NCBI GenBank assembly: GCA_013265495.1
Contig: MU058065.1
Span: forward strand, 1,139,527-1,203,526
DNA: 64,000 bases
Origin: Vicugna vicugna
Lineage: Eukaryota
Direction: 5' to 3'
Of the stretch, positions 13,650 through 24,660 are shown in pieces; within the stretch, counting starts at the first letter, position 1; every line of letters begins with the position of its first letter. The position numbers and the translations under genes were made by a program. The notes below the pieces were generated by a model. It did no database searches. It was not told the origin of the DNA and saw only the letters and a list, made by a program, of their open reading frames with translations.

Positions 13650-13860
13650 ACTAGGTCTCAACCAAAGCCCGGGCAGTGTTGCTCCCCAGGGGCCACTGAA
13701 CAATGCCAGGAGGCATTTTGGACCATCATGAGGCCAGCACAGATGATGGCCCCTGGCACCTAGTGAGTAGAGGCCACGGATGCTGGTAAACATTTTATAG
13801 CACGTAGGACAGCTGTCTCCGCAACGAGCGATCCAGTTCAACACTGCCAGTGGGACACCC
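13650..13860 (+). mobile_element. MER20 hAT-Charlie MITE
   Basis: 'tctcaacc...ccccagggg...caatg...cattttgg...tggcacctagtgagtagaggccacggatgctggtaaacat...aggacagc'. Confidence 0.8.
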
Positions 13861-14319
13861 TAACTTCGTGGCTTCCAACATTTTTCGAGGCAATGACATG
13901 TCATTCTCTTCTTATGCCCATCACTTCCTCATTTAAGCAATTTGGAAAATATCCATCTTCTCCTTCCCAGTGTTGCCCTGAGTGTGGGGCTGTGGGGTTC
14001 AGTGAGAGGATGCCCAGGCCAAACGTCCTGTGTGTGCTTTTCCTAGCCGAGCGTGTGCCCCGTGTACTAACACACACTGCTCCCCACTGCCTTGCTACTT
14101 TTAAACAGCCCTCTGGAAAATATCAAAAAGCCAGAGACTGAATAGAGCAAGTTCATCTTGGAGACCTCCCACCCCCGCGTCCCTCCCCAGTAACCTTTCT
14201 GAAAAAGCTTTCGAGTCAAAGCAAGCACAAGCCTAACTTAGGAGAGACGTGACTAAACTGGTTTTGAGAGTCGGTGACCCACTGCGGCAAGCACATCTAT
14301 GCGAGTCTGAACTGACCAG

Positions 14320-15055
14320 GCTGGTGATCCTAAGCTTCGTTCAGAGAGCCCCCAAACAGGACTGAATCAGGAAGCAATAGAAAATATGAATCGACCAATT
14401 GTCAGTTACTGAAATTGCATCAGTAATTGAAAAACTCCCATTAAACAGAAGCCCAGGACCCGAGGCCTTCACAGGCGACTTCTACCAAACATTTAGAGAA
14501 GAGTTAACACCTATCCTTCTGAAACGATTCCAAAAAATTGCAGGGGAAGGAACAATTCCAAACTCATTCTATGAGGCCACCATCACCCTGGTACCAAAAC
14601 CAGACAAAGACATCACACACACACACACACATTACAGGCCAACATCATTTATGAATAAAGATGCAAAAATCCTCAAAATACTAGCAAATTGACTCTAGCA
14701 ATGCATTAAAGGGATGATACACCATGATCACGTGGGATTTATCCCAAGGGTGCAAGGATTTTTCAATATCCACAGATCAATCAATATGATACACCACATT
14801 AACGAACTGAAGAATAAAAACCATATGATCATCTCAATAGGTGCAGAAAGAGCTTTTGATAAAATTCAACATTCATTTATGATAAAAACTCTCCAGAGAG
14901 CCCCCAGATCCCCTGCAGGGCTTGTTGAAACCCACATGAATAGGCCCTACCCTCAGGGTTTCTGATTTGGTAGATCTGGTATAAGGCCCAAGAACTTTCA
15001 TTTCTAGCCAGCTTCCAGGCGGTGTTAAGGCTGATGGTTGGGGACCACACATCGA
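14320..15055 (+). mobile_element. MER5A MITE interrupted by an L1 fragment
   Basis: Short left piece ~14320-14354; body 14907-15055 'agggcttgttgaaac...tttctgatt..gtagatctgg...catttctagc..gcttccagg...ggggaccacac'. Confidence 0.75.
14355..14893 (+). pseudogene. Internal L1 ORF2 fragment (Z-region/start of reverse transcriptase), disrupted
   Basis: Translates to L1 ORF2 motifs SPGPEAFTGDFYQTFREELTPILLK..PNSFYEATITLVPKPDKD..YRP..DAKIL and [38 protein letters not shown]; frameshift ~14400, stop ~14690. Confidence 0.95.
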
Positions 15056-15254
15056 CATCCTAGGACGACGTGGAAGACCAAGTTTGCTTCCAAAGCTCAG
15101 GTTCAAACATTAAGATTCACAAATAGCATTTTTAAAGCAGCAATCTACCTTGGCGATGACTCTTTGAGGAAATTCAGTATTAAGCTAGTCAACATTAATG
15201 AGCAGGAGGCTTAGAGTCCAGTAGGAAGAGTAAAGAATGTCACATGGTAACACC

Positions 15255-15420
15255 TGGATTTTAGACACGAGGGCTCACTCCTTAGCCTATGAATTAGTGG
15301 AGCTAAGTAGTCTTCGGGAAATCGTTGAATTTCCGATCCTCAACCTTTCATCTTTAATAGAGAAAAGATACTTGCCTTACGTACTTCACAGTGTCATGGT
15401 CACTATTAAATAAGATTTTC
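15255..15420 (+). mobile_element. MIR SINE (degraded)
   Basis: 'tcttcgggaaatcgttgaatttcc..cctcaacctttcatctttaatagag...acttcacagtgtcatgg...attaaataaga'. Confidence 0.55.
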
Positions 15421-17579
15421 ACAAAGGATCAATGGTAACACTAGCTGCAAATGGATGTAAGAATGCTTATGATTCCACACCGAACCTGAAGCCACAGATA
15501 CAAGCAGCCGAGCCCTGGCGAAGGGATGTGCTCCCTGGCCAGCCCTGATGCTCATTTGGGATTTACAAGCTGGAAAAATTCCTACTGGAGGACCATCCTG
15601 TCTCTAGTTCTGCAGCCTGGGGCTCCACCCTCCCTCTTACAGAGCTAAGAAAAAGGAACAATGGGAATAAAGACATATAATTGTTGTTTGCTTCTTAGAT
15701 GCTATAATAGAGTTTCTTAGAAAACATGGCCACCCGGTGCCTCCCATAGCAGAGTTGAATTTCTATACACATAAAGCACTATGCTGAAAAGCTGATCCCC
15801 GAAATACGTAGTGAGCATTTATTATGCCAGCTGGAGGGAACATAACTGCTTCTTAAACAAAATCCCAAGACCCTCAAATCACCCCTGTAAACCACAATCC
15901 CAAAACACATCTTGGCAGATGGGAGTCCTGCGATTTTAAAAATTATTTTAAAATCTATCTATTAAAATTTTTTATTTTAAAAAGTATTTATTAAAAAAAG
16001 TAATATTACATTCCCTACATGTATTGATAGTTTATCTGATTCTTTAAGCAAAGAAAGAGTTTTCTCCTTGATAGCACTTAAAATAATTTAAAGCACTCTT
16101 TTCAAGAGAGTTATTTCCCCAAGCTTGAAATAAAGAAATGGCTACAATATTTTCCTTTGTTTAGCAATTGTTATCTAATTATTTCCATATAAAACTCTGA
16201 GGGACTCAAATAAAATCATTTCCATTCACCATATAAAACTTATAACTAACAAATTATTTTGAGCACTCAGTTGAATATTTACTTGGAGGCAATATTCGTC
16301 TTAGACGTACTTTTACTCGTAATATCATTTTATTAGAGTGTGTATGTTGTGTACACCTGTGTCTGTGTACTTTTCACACCCCTTCTATGAGTGCCTTTGT
16401 GAAAATTACAAATAAATATAAAAAGAAGTATTCTGACCAGTGTTTTCACCCAGTGTTTACTAGTTCCAGAAACAGTTCTGGAAATAAGCATGAAACAAAC
16501 ATTCTTCCTTTAAGTCTCTGTTCAAACCAGGACAGAAGTGTTGGCTAATGGGGAATTAACTCAATTTTTAAACAATTAACAATAAATGAAAGCTTTTCAC
16601 ATTACTCATATCTGCATAAAAATTACCAACGTGGAAAATTCGCACAGGCGCACTAAAGCAACGCATCTTTTAGGAAAACGTAAGCCAGTCATCTTCTCAA
16701 TAGAAAGTACGGAATATTTACCAGCTTTCTGAAGATGTCCTGAACAGTCCGTGGGATCCCTGAGCTAAAGAGTCCACAGGTTTCCTCCTTCCTCCAAACA
16801 CCATTTCATCCATTTCCCTCACTCTGTTGTTTTTCCCATTTGCAGCAAGACTGCACATTTGTTTACCTAAGTCATTTGCTCGGGTAGGGCCGGCTGGGGA
16901 AAAGAGCCACCTTAGGGATTCCAGCTAAGAGACTCAGAGGAGGGAACTTGAGTTTTAAAGAACTGATGATCCTAAAACAGGAGGAGGGGGCGACCACAGG
17001 GAGAACAGCCGTGGTGGTAGATGATGCGGCAAATACATAAAGTAACCTTCTGGAAGGTTTGGGATTCTGCTGCCTCTGAGTAAGGAGGATTGAGGAGGGA
17101 AGTCTACGTGCATTCCCAAACCTCTCAGGAGACTCTGCACCTTTCCCTCAAAATGACTTATTTATCCAGCATTAGGAGCTACATTTTCCTTTAATATTCC
17201 CTTAAACTGTTGCTAACATACAGAAGGAAAAAAATATTGACTAGTCTCCTGGTTGAAATGATGCTGAAAGCAACAAAGGCTGAAAAGGAGAGAAATTACA
17301 GAAAGAGCCAGTGTGCACTGGGGAGGGACAACTGTCTACCACCCCAGCATGTACATCCTGTTTTCAGTCCTTTCCTTTCTCGGACCAGACACCATATACC
17401 ATACATAAAGAGCTGAAGGGCAGCGCAACAAAACTGCCCCCAATTTGTATATGCAAAAGCAGACAGAAAGATGTTTCAGAATGAAAGAAATTTCTAACAC
17501 ATCCTTTTTCTGTCAAATTGCACGTAGTGATGTTTAGAAATCAACTTAGCCAGTCACAATCAGAATTTTGTTTTAAACA

Positions 17580-17711
17580 ATTTTTTTACTTTATTTTTTA
17601 GGGAGCAGGTAATTGAGTTTACTAATTTATCTTTAGAGGAGGTACTGGGGATTGAGCCCAGGACCTTGTGTAAGCTAAGCATGCGCTCTACCACTGAGCT
17701 ATAACCTCCCC
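17580..17711 (-). mobile_element. tRNA-derived SINE, Vic-1-like (camelid)
   Basis: Reverse complement ggggaggttaTAGCTCAGTGGtagagcgcatgcttagc..caaggtcctgGGCTCAATCCCcagtacctcc (pol III A/B boxes), then an AT-rich body and A-rich tail. Confidence 0.88.
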
Positions 17712-19279
17712 ATAAAAAGACAGAAAAAATGGAATAGGAATGATCATCCTGCTTCTCGTGTAAGGGTGAGAGGTTTTTGTATGCTGTTGCTTTATGTAAT
17801 TTTACTTTTATTATGCTTGTTCATAACTCGATGTACCATTGCTTTTTATGAAATACCACACAGTTGTCATTGTGTGTGTGGTGGGGGGTGTGTGTGTGTT
17901 TGTTGTTGTTACTATTTTCGTATTTCTCCCTTTCAATTAAATCACAAACCTCAGGGGCTCTGAGTTTGCCTCGCTTTCGTCTCCAGCACTTACACAAAGT
18001 TTGGCCAAACTATGAACCAAAAATATTTATTGAAGAAATGATAGATGAATGCCTTTGAGGCAGAATCTTGCTCACCAGGGGCCCACTCTGAGTCAGAACA
18101 TCACAAACTTTGTGTCATATATTTGGCTCCCAGGATAGAAAATATTTAGCGATTTTAAAGTTTTGAGACATACTGCTTTACATCATTGCTTAAGGAAACA
18201 AGTGGCTCATTCATAAACACTATTCATTTAAATCAGTCAAGAGAGGTTGAAAAGTTAGTAAGTGTGTACTGGCCACAAAGCTCTGTTTTCCCTATTCTTG
18301 TTCTCAATCCATTCAGCTCTTGATTAGGACATCACAAAGTTTTGCATTCAAAAGTTAGCCTTGAAGTTTAGAATAAAGACATAAATGCAACAAGTGTATT
18401 AAATTACTACATTTAAGACAGTATTTTTTATTCTAAAGCATTTGCTAGTGAATACAGTGGGCATTAGATGAATTGACAGTGACTATTTGGAGAAAAGAAG
18501 TAACAGCCATAATTTTCCCATCTGGTGTGGAGAGTTTGACCATTGATAAAAACATTGAGCAAACAAAGTTCTAAGAGGTATATGGATGACCTGTTTCTTG
18601 AGATATGATGAATTATATATAAGGCAAATCTTTCAATTAACAAACATTTCTGTAGAAAAGACATTCTTGTAGAAAGAAAAAAAAACAGAGATCAATAGAC
18701 ATCATCCAATTCTGTCCTGATTTAGCCCTTTGATTTCATGGTGCATAAATTAAAAATAATTTTGAAATTTCAAAGAGATGTCAACTTAAGGGAAGAAATG
18801 GGAAGAAAAAAGGTAAATTTCCATTTTTGGGTTTCTTGTTGAATTCTAAGACAGTCCTTACATCAAAGGGATTATAAATAAGCAGAAGGGTCGTTCACTC
18901 TAAATTGAAGATCACTAAGGCAGAAACAATACCTGGACTGTGCTATTGAGCAAAATTACAGCAAACTCTTTTTAAAAGAAATTTTGAAATTTCAAAAATA
19001 ACATTGTAGAGAAAACCAGATTGTCTTCTCACTGTTCTAATCATTCCAAGCAAGTTTTAAGTCATCTTCTCAAACACAGCTCTGTGTGTGCAATTCTCCT
19101 AATTAACTATCTTCAGTGGATAGTTATTCTATCCTTTTTCGTTCTTCTATTTTGCCGTTCTTTTTTGGTTTTGCATTCAAGAGCCTTCTTGATATTCTCT
19201 GGGTCATCTTGGCCTCACAATATAGTCTATGTATCGATTATACAGACTACTTGAGCTACAAAACCTGCATTCTTGGACC

Positions 19280-19660
19280 TCATTATTCCTTCGCACTCTT
19301 TCCTTTCCCTTGCAAGTCCTCCTAGCGTAAAGTTCACCTATCCGACTGAAAACATACATTTCTTTAAGAGCTAGCTCAGATGCCCTTTCACCTGAGAAAT
19401 ACTCCTTAAACTCACTGAGTTGGTTTTCACCTTTCTCTCCACCGTATTTCCACCATGCCTCCGATTTTTAACCATACATTTTGTTCGGTATTAGAATTTC
19501 CATATAAATGTTTGTCTTCCTTATTGTACATTTATACATCCTGGAGGGAAGATATCATATTTTGTTAATTTCTAGACACCTTCTCTGCACCCCCCTCCCC
19601 GTAACAACTGTAATGATACCCGCACATAGTAGACATTCAGTAACGTCTGTTGAACTAAAA
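19280..19660 (+). mobile_element. L2 LINE 3' fragment
   Basis: 'ctagctcagatgcc...tttgtcttcc...cctggaggg...gcacatagtagacattcagtaacgtctgttgaa' L2 3' end. Confidence 0.65.
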
Positions 19661-20599
19661 AATTGTCTTAACAAGGACATAACGTTTAGAAAATCATTTT
19701 ATAAAATTTAAAAACATCTTAGACTGTCAGAAAAGGCTAAGTCAGGGATTTATATGAGACTGATTTGGATTTCCTTAGAAAGTTATACATGTTTTGATTG
19801 CTTTAACTTTTACCAAGGTTACATGGCTGGTAAAGTCAAACACTGTCAGTAGATAGGTAAAGAACCAGAATTTCTTAATATAGGTTCACTTTTGGGATCA
19901 GCTGGAAATTGAAGAGAGGACCATGGAGATGGAATATAGCTTTGCATTAAGAAAGATATTTTGTAGAAAACAGGACTGGGGGAAGGAAGTCACTGAGGGG
20001 AAAGTGTAAGGAAATTCGATTACATATTCTGCAAAATTGAAATGCTTCTCATATTCCAACAACCTAGCTAAATTTAACCTCTGCATCTTCTAAAGTTTGC
20101 CCTTAAGGAAATGCTGATCACACTGCAAGATACACAAAGTGACTGCGTAAGCAAATAACCTTTGCTCATTGCTGGCGGATTAAAACAGGAAAAGAAAATC
20201 ATGGTACTTTGGAATTGTGTTTTCATAATGCACTGTAACAGATCCAAAAAAGCTATTAGAGGTTATTATTTTGGCTGGACTACCAGACCCATGGAAAGTT
20301 GAACCTTTGGCATGCCATGCTGTTGTATTGGGGAATTTTTGATATGCATATGGAAACAGTGCCTTTTAACTATCCTGACGGGTCACCTAGGGTAGTTCAA
20401 ATGGTCTGGATATTTTTCATGAAGTAGCCTCTCTGAGATTCACTTAATAAGCAGATCACGTCAGGATATTCTAATACACTGAAGTAGAGTATTAATTTAG
20501 GACAACTCGGATTTTAATTTAAGAATAATTGACCTGATTTTATAACAATTAGAAATCCCCATGCAAATTATTCTGAATTCAAAAGGATAGATTTTTGAT

Positions 20600-21200
20600 A
20601 ACAGTGATTTTATTTAACTGAATTCCTCTTCTGGCTGCTGGAAGACTCTCTCCTTCCTTAATGTATCCCCCATTAATTCTGCACCTTCTTCTTTTTTTCA
20701 TTGTTTTCTCCTTCGGTTCCCACTCATCGGTTGTTCCCTGAATCATCTGTAGATTCATCTCTCTCCATCTATATTCAACCTGCTATCATAATTTTAAAAT
20801 AAATTGATACCCTAGTGCAGGATCTCTCATTTCTCTATGAGGTTTGGATTCCCTGATGGCATCTTAAATTTAAACAAGTCAAATGTCTTTACTCCTTTTT
20901 TCACTATTTAAGTACTTTTCTTGGAAACTGCCCATGAAACGTCATCCTCAATTCCTTCCACTATTGGCAGACCATGTTTCTGTTAAAAAAAAAATCACAG
21001 TCACAAAATAGATATTTTGAAACTCCCTGTAATATTGTTTTAAAAAATGCTTCCTATATCATGGTTTAAAATATGCTTTTCTTCTCCATCCTTCAGTAAG
21101 GTCCTTGGTCGCCTTTTCCTGAAATACTCTAGCCTCGCCTTCCTGAATCTTTCAGAACCACTGCTTTTCATGACAATGTATTGTCATCTATTTAAATGTC
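20600..21200 (+). mobile_element. Degraded L2 fragment
   Basis: Pyrimidine-rich with 'ggattccctgatggcatcttaaatttaaac', 'gtcatcctcaattccttcc', 'cttttcttctccatcc'. Confidence 0.45.
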
Positions 21201-21519
21201 TAGATTCCTCCTGAAAAAGACTTAGGGTCAGATCACGAAGAATGAAAACAATATAAACAATGACATAAATAGAAATAAATATCCCCACCTGCAGCTTAAA
21301 ACTGTAACTCACTGTTTGGTTTTGTTCCAGAAAATTTACTTTGCTATAAAAGGCAACCTAGTAGTGTATAGGTTTTCTCACTATCCCGTGAGGTTTACAG
21401 TCATGAACTTCCTGATTATCACGCTTCTAAACCTGTCAGGAGTTAGGCCTTTAATTACTCCAACCTTGAGAAAAATGGATTAACAAGCAAAGTTCATGTC
21501 TTTGCCTTTACACTCCACT

Positions 21520-21724
21520 GAAAAGAGAAAAGAAAAGAAGGAAAAGAAAAGGAAAGGAAAGGAAAGGAAAGGAAAGGAAAGGAAAGGAAAGGAAAGGAAA
21601 GGAAAGGAAAGGAAAGGAAAGGAAAGGAAAGGAAAGGAAAGGAATGGAAAGGAAAGGAAAGGGAAGAGAAGAGAAGAGAAGGGAAGGGAAGGGAAGGGAA
21701 GGGAAAAGGAAAGGAAAAGAAAAA
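21520..21724. repeat. Polypurine tract with a (GGAAA)n core and (GAAGA)/(GGGAA) variants
   Basis: Directly visible; a single T interruption near 21645. Confidence 0.97.
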
Positions 21725-22477
21725 TGTTGTCTTCTCCTCCTCCCAGGACTCCTGTCCAATCAGCTGGACTGTCATGTTCCCAGTCACCGTGCTTTAGTAG
21801 CTCAGATTCTCCACTGTCCATTCCTGGGACCGAGATTCTTCCTGGGTTCTTCCACCCTCTGACACAGACATTTATCTCTTGCCCCTAGTTTATGACAAAC
21901 AGCTTCTCTGCACCAAGTCTACAGTGTCTCCAGTTTGGAAAGAACCAGACTAAGCTTCCTAGGGCATAATATATTTTTTTTATGAATTCCTTATGTCCAT
22001 ATAAATGCCTACAGGATGAATTTCGAATGTTCCTGGCTGAAATTCAAGGTTTTCTTCCCCCGCTGCATCCTCACATCTCATTCAGTTTGAATTGATTCGG
22101 TTGTTCCTTAAACATTGTCTTTACTACTAGGATTGATAAGCCTTGACTTCAGGGCTTTAAATTTGATTTTCTGACTCCTTCCTGAATTGTTTATCCTACT
22201 TGTCCTCAGTGCCAGTTCCTCCTCTTCGGCTGGGCCATTCCCAGCACTTTGAACTCTCCTTTGTCTCCCTGTTTTCTCTGCAGACTGACACTTAATTGAT
22301 TACTTACTGTTCTGTTTCGGGCAGATGGCGGGGCTGCTTTCATACCACACGTGCGTGTATTACATATCCACATCAATCTCTCTCTCTATGTATAGATAGA
22401 AAATTAGTCGGAGGCATACATATATCAACAGGTTGACTCTTCTACATGGCAGAGCACTAAGGAGATTAGTCTGAGGC

Positions 22478-23039
22478 TTTGTTATTCAAGTACGGTTCAG
22501 AAACTGGAGATCATGATTCTAAGTGAAATGAGCCAGAAAGAGAAAGAAAAATACCGTATGATATTGCTTATACGTGGAATCTAAAAAAAAAAAAAAACAC
22601 AAGTGAATTTATTTACAAAACAGAAAGAGACACACAGACATACAGAAGAGACTTAGGGTTACCAGGGGGAAAGGGGATGGAAAGGGATAAATTGGACATT
22701 TGAAACTTGCACCTCTTGGGGAATGAAGGAAATATTAGACATCTTGAATGTGGTGGTAGTCTTATAGGTGCATGCATCTATTACATTTCACCAAATGTAC
22801 ATCTGAAATATGTGTCGTTTACTGTACATAAATTATACCACAATAAAAAAGTTGTTTAAAAAAACGAAAAACAAAACAAAACAAAAGAAAAAGTGTATGG
22901 TCCCTGGACCAGAACAGTGGACCGGCAGCATCACTAGCATCTGGGAACTTGTTAGAATCTCAGCCCTACTAAATCAGAATCTGAACTTTAACAAAATCCC
23001 CAAGAGATTTACACGCACATTAAAGGTTGAGAAGCACTG
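22478..23039 (+). mobile_element. MER5A1-like MITE interrupted by L1
   Basis: Left 'gttattcaagtacggt'; right 22891-23039 'ggtccctggacc...gcagcatc...tgggaacttgttagaa...aatcagaatctg..tttaacaa..cccc...gcacattaaaggttgagaagcactg'. Confidence 0.75.
22497..22890 (+). mobile_element. 5'-truncated L1 (ORF2 C-terminus + 3'UTR) with chimeric 3' end and A-rich tail
   Basis: 'ctaagtgaaatgagccagaaagagaaagaaaaatacc..atgata...gtggaatctaaaa', AATAAA ~22842, (CAAAA)-type tail; imperfect TSD gtacggt/gtatggt. Confidence 0.85.
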
Positions 23040-23167
23040 ATTTAAAGTTACACTTCTAAACGTACCTTTATAGGTTATATACCTCACAAGTGTTCAATAT
23101 GGTGCGCATAACACATGACACATCGTGCACTGTGTAGTTTTTTATAGCCTCCATCCTCTGAAGATAC

Positions 23168-23619
23168 AGGTAGTGATGGCTAAAGCTGGCTTACACAGGC
23201 TGGCAAAACACAATTACTAAAATTGTAGTAAGTTTCTGAGGTTGCTGTTAAATATAGCCATTTTTTTAAACATTAAATGATACAAACTCACAAGTGAATC
23301 ATATTGGGGATAAAAGTAACACACTCAAAACTCATCACTTCCCAATTATTTTACTCATTCTACTATTATATCTTGCAGTGACTTAGGGCTATTACGTTTG
23401 TCTGGTGAAATACTTTGTAATGATGTGTACATCTCTCTGCAGCTCCGCATTAACTGACCTCTGGTTGGTTGCTTGATCCACAAATGCTACAATTCAGGGC
23501 TTGATTTATTGTTTTGATCTTCTGGATTTATGAAAGCAATGGAGAAAATGAAAATAATACAGGTTAAACTTAAAAGTATCTCATAGCCATCAGCAGATAC
23601 GTGGCTAAAGAAGATGTGG

Positions 23620-23657
<38 letters not shown>

Positions 23658-24660
23658 ATGGAATACTACTAAGCCTTTAATAAGGATACAATTTCGCTAT
23701 TTGCAGCAACATGGATGAACTTGGAGGGCATTATGCTAAGTGAAATAAGTCAGACAGAAAAAGACAAATACTGTATGATATCACTTAGATGTGGAATGTA
23801 AAAAATACAACAAACTAGTGAATATAACAAAAAAAGAAGCAGATGCAGATTTAGAGAAGGAATTAGTGGTTACAGGCTCCTGAGGAAGGCCTGCCCAGGC
23901 CCACCGTGTTGCAGAGGGCCCAGGCCTGCTGCCTCCCTGGCAGGACAAGGCAGGGGAAGCAAACACTGCCTCTGTCCCAGTATCCTCAAGCTAGAACACA
24001 CAGAAAACCCCCAGCCCCCAGCCCCCAGTAAACACTTCTAAGGTAGTCAGCTAGGACTTGCAAGAGCAGCTGGCCCCAAAGCTACAAAGCCAGACCCTTA
24101 GGCCTCCAACCAGAAGGGGTTGCCATCCTCAGCCTGCATGGAGTAGTAAACAAAGAGCAGGAAGGCAGAAGACCAGGAACAGGATCATCTGTCCCCAAGT
24201 GAGACTTGGTGATCCCGGCCCAGACCAGCCCGAGGGACCTGGTTTTCTGTTTGGATGGCACAGTGGGTGGTGGGGAAGGTGAAGATGAGGACCCTGAAGA
24301 GGTAGAGGAGGATGTGGGGTGATGGGGAAGGCCCAGGGAACTTCTGGAAACATTGGAAATGGGGTGGTAGTGTGTGATGCTCTGGTAGGTACTGCCCCAG
24401 CCATGCAGAGGGCGGGAGAGTGAGAGGTTCAAACTGCTGGGTATAAAATAGGCTACAAGGATGTATTGTACAACACAGGGGAATACAGCCAATATTGTGT
24501 AATCACTTAAATGGACTGTAAACTTTAAAATTTGTATAAAAAACCATAATAGAACAAAACAATTTTTAAAATATTTTTAAAGTACATCATAAAATATACA
24601 CTTACACACATTTTCTTTCTCTAAAGAAGCCTGTTGAACATTTACCAGCACATGGCTGGG
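23168..24660 (+). mobile_element. MER63C/D-like hAT-Blackjack element interrupted by L1
   Basis: 'actcaaaactcatcacttcccaattattttact', 'tcagggcttgatttattgttttg', 'atggagaaaatg...ttaaacttaaaagt'; terminal 'gttgaacatttaccagcaca' at ~24635-24655. Confidence 0.75.
23600..24578 (+). mobile_element. 5'-truncated artiodactyl-type L1 3' end with an internal foreign insert
   Basis: 'aagaagatgtggta..caatggaatactac...gcagcaacatggatgaacttggagggcattatgctaagtgaaataagtcagac' to 'tagtggttac', resuming 'gaggttcaaact..ggtataaaataggctacaaggat...'. Confidence 0.88.

Noticed and set aside
16465..16484. TTCCAGAA-acag-TTCTGGAA as a heat-shock element
   Set aside because: The nGAAn units are out of 5-bp phase across the spacer; a short inverted repeat is expected by chance
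17640..17711. Possible tRNA gene
   Set aside because: Followed by a SINE body and A tail; it is a tRNA-derived SINE head
21480..21888. Several 70-130 aa ORFs (KGKER / FPFLS repeats)
   Set aside because: Artefacts of the stop-free (GGAAA)n repeat
24082..24492. 136-aa minus-strand ORF
   Set aside because: Starts in antisense L1 3'UTR and reads through the GC-rich insert; no protein signature
23573..24591. Putative TSD aaagtatctcata / aaagtacatcata around the L1
   Set aside because: Two mismatches in AT-rich DNA, offset from the L1 start, and the left copy may simply be MER63 sequence; not relied on
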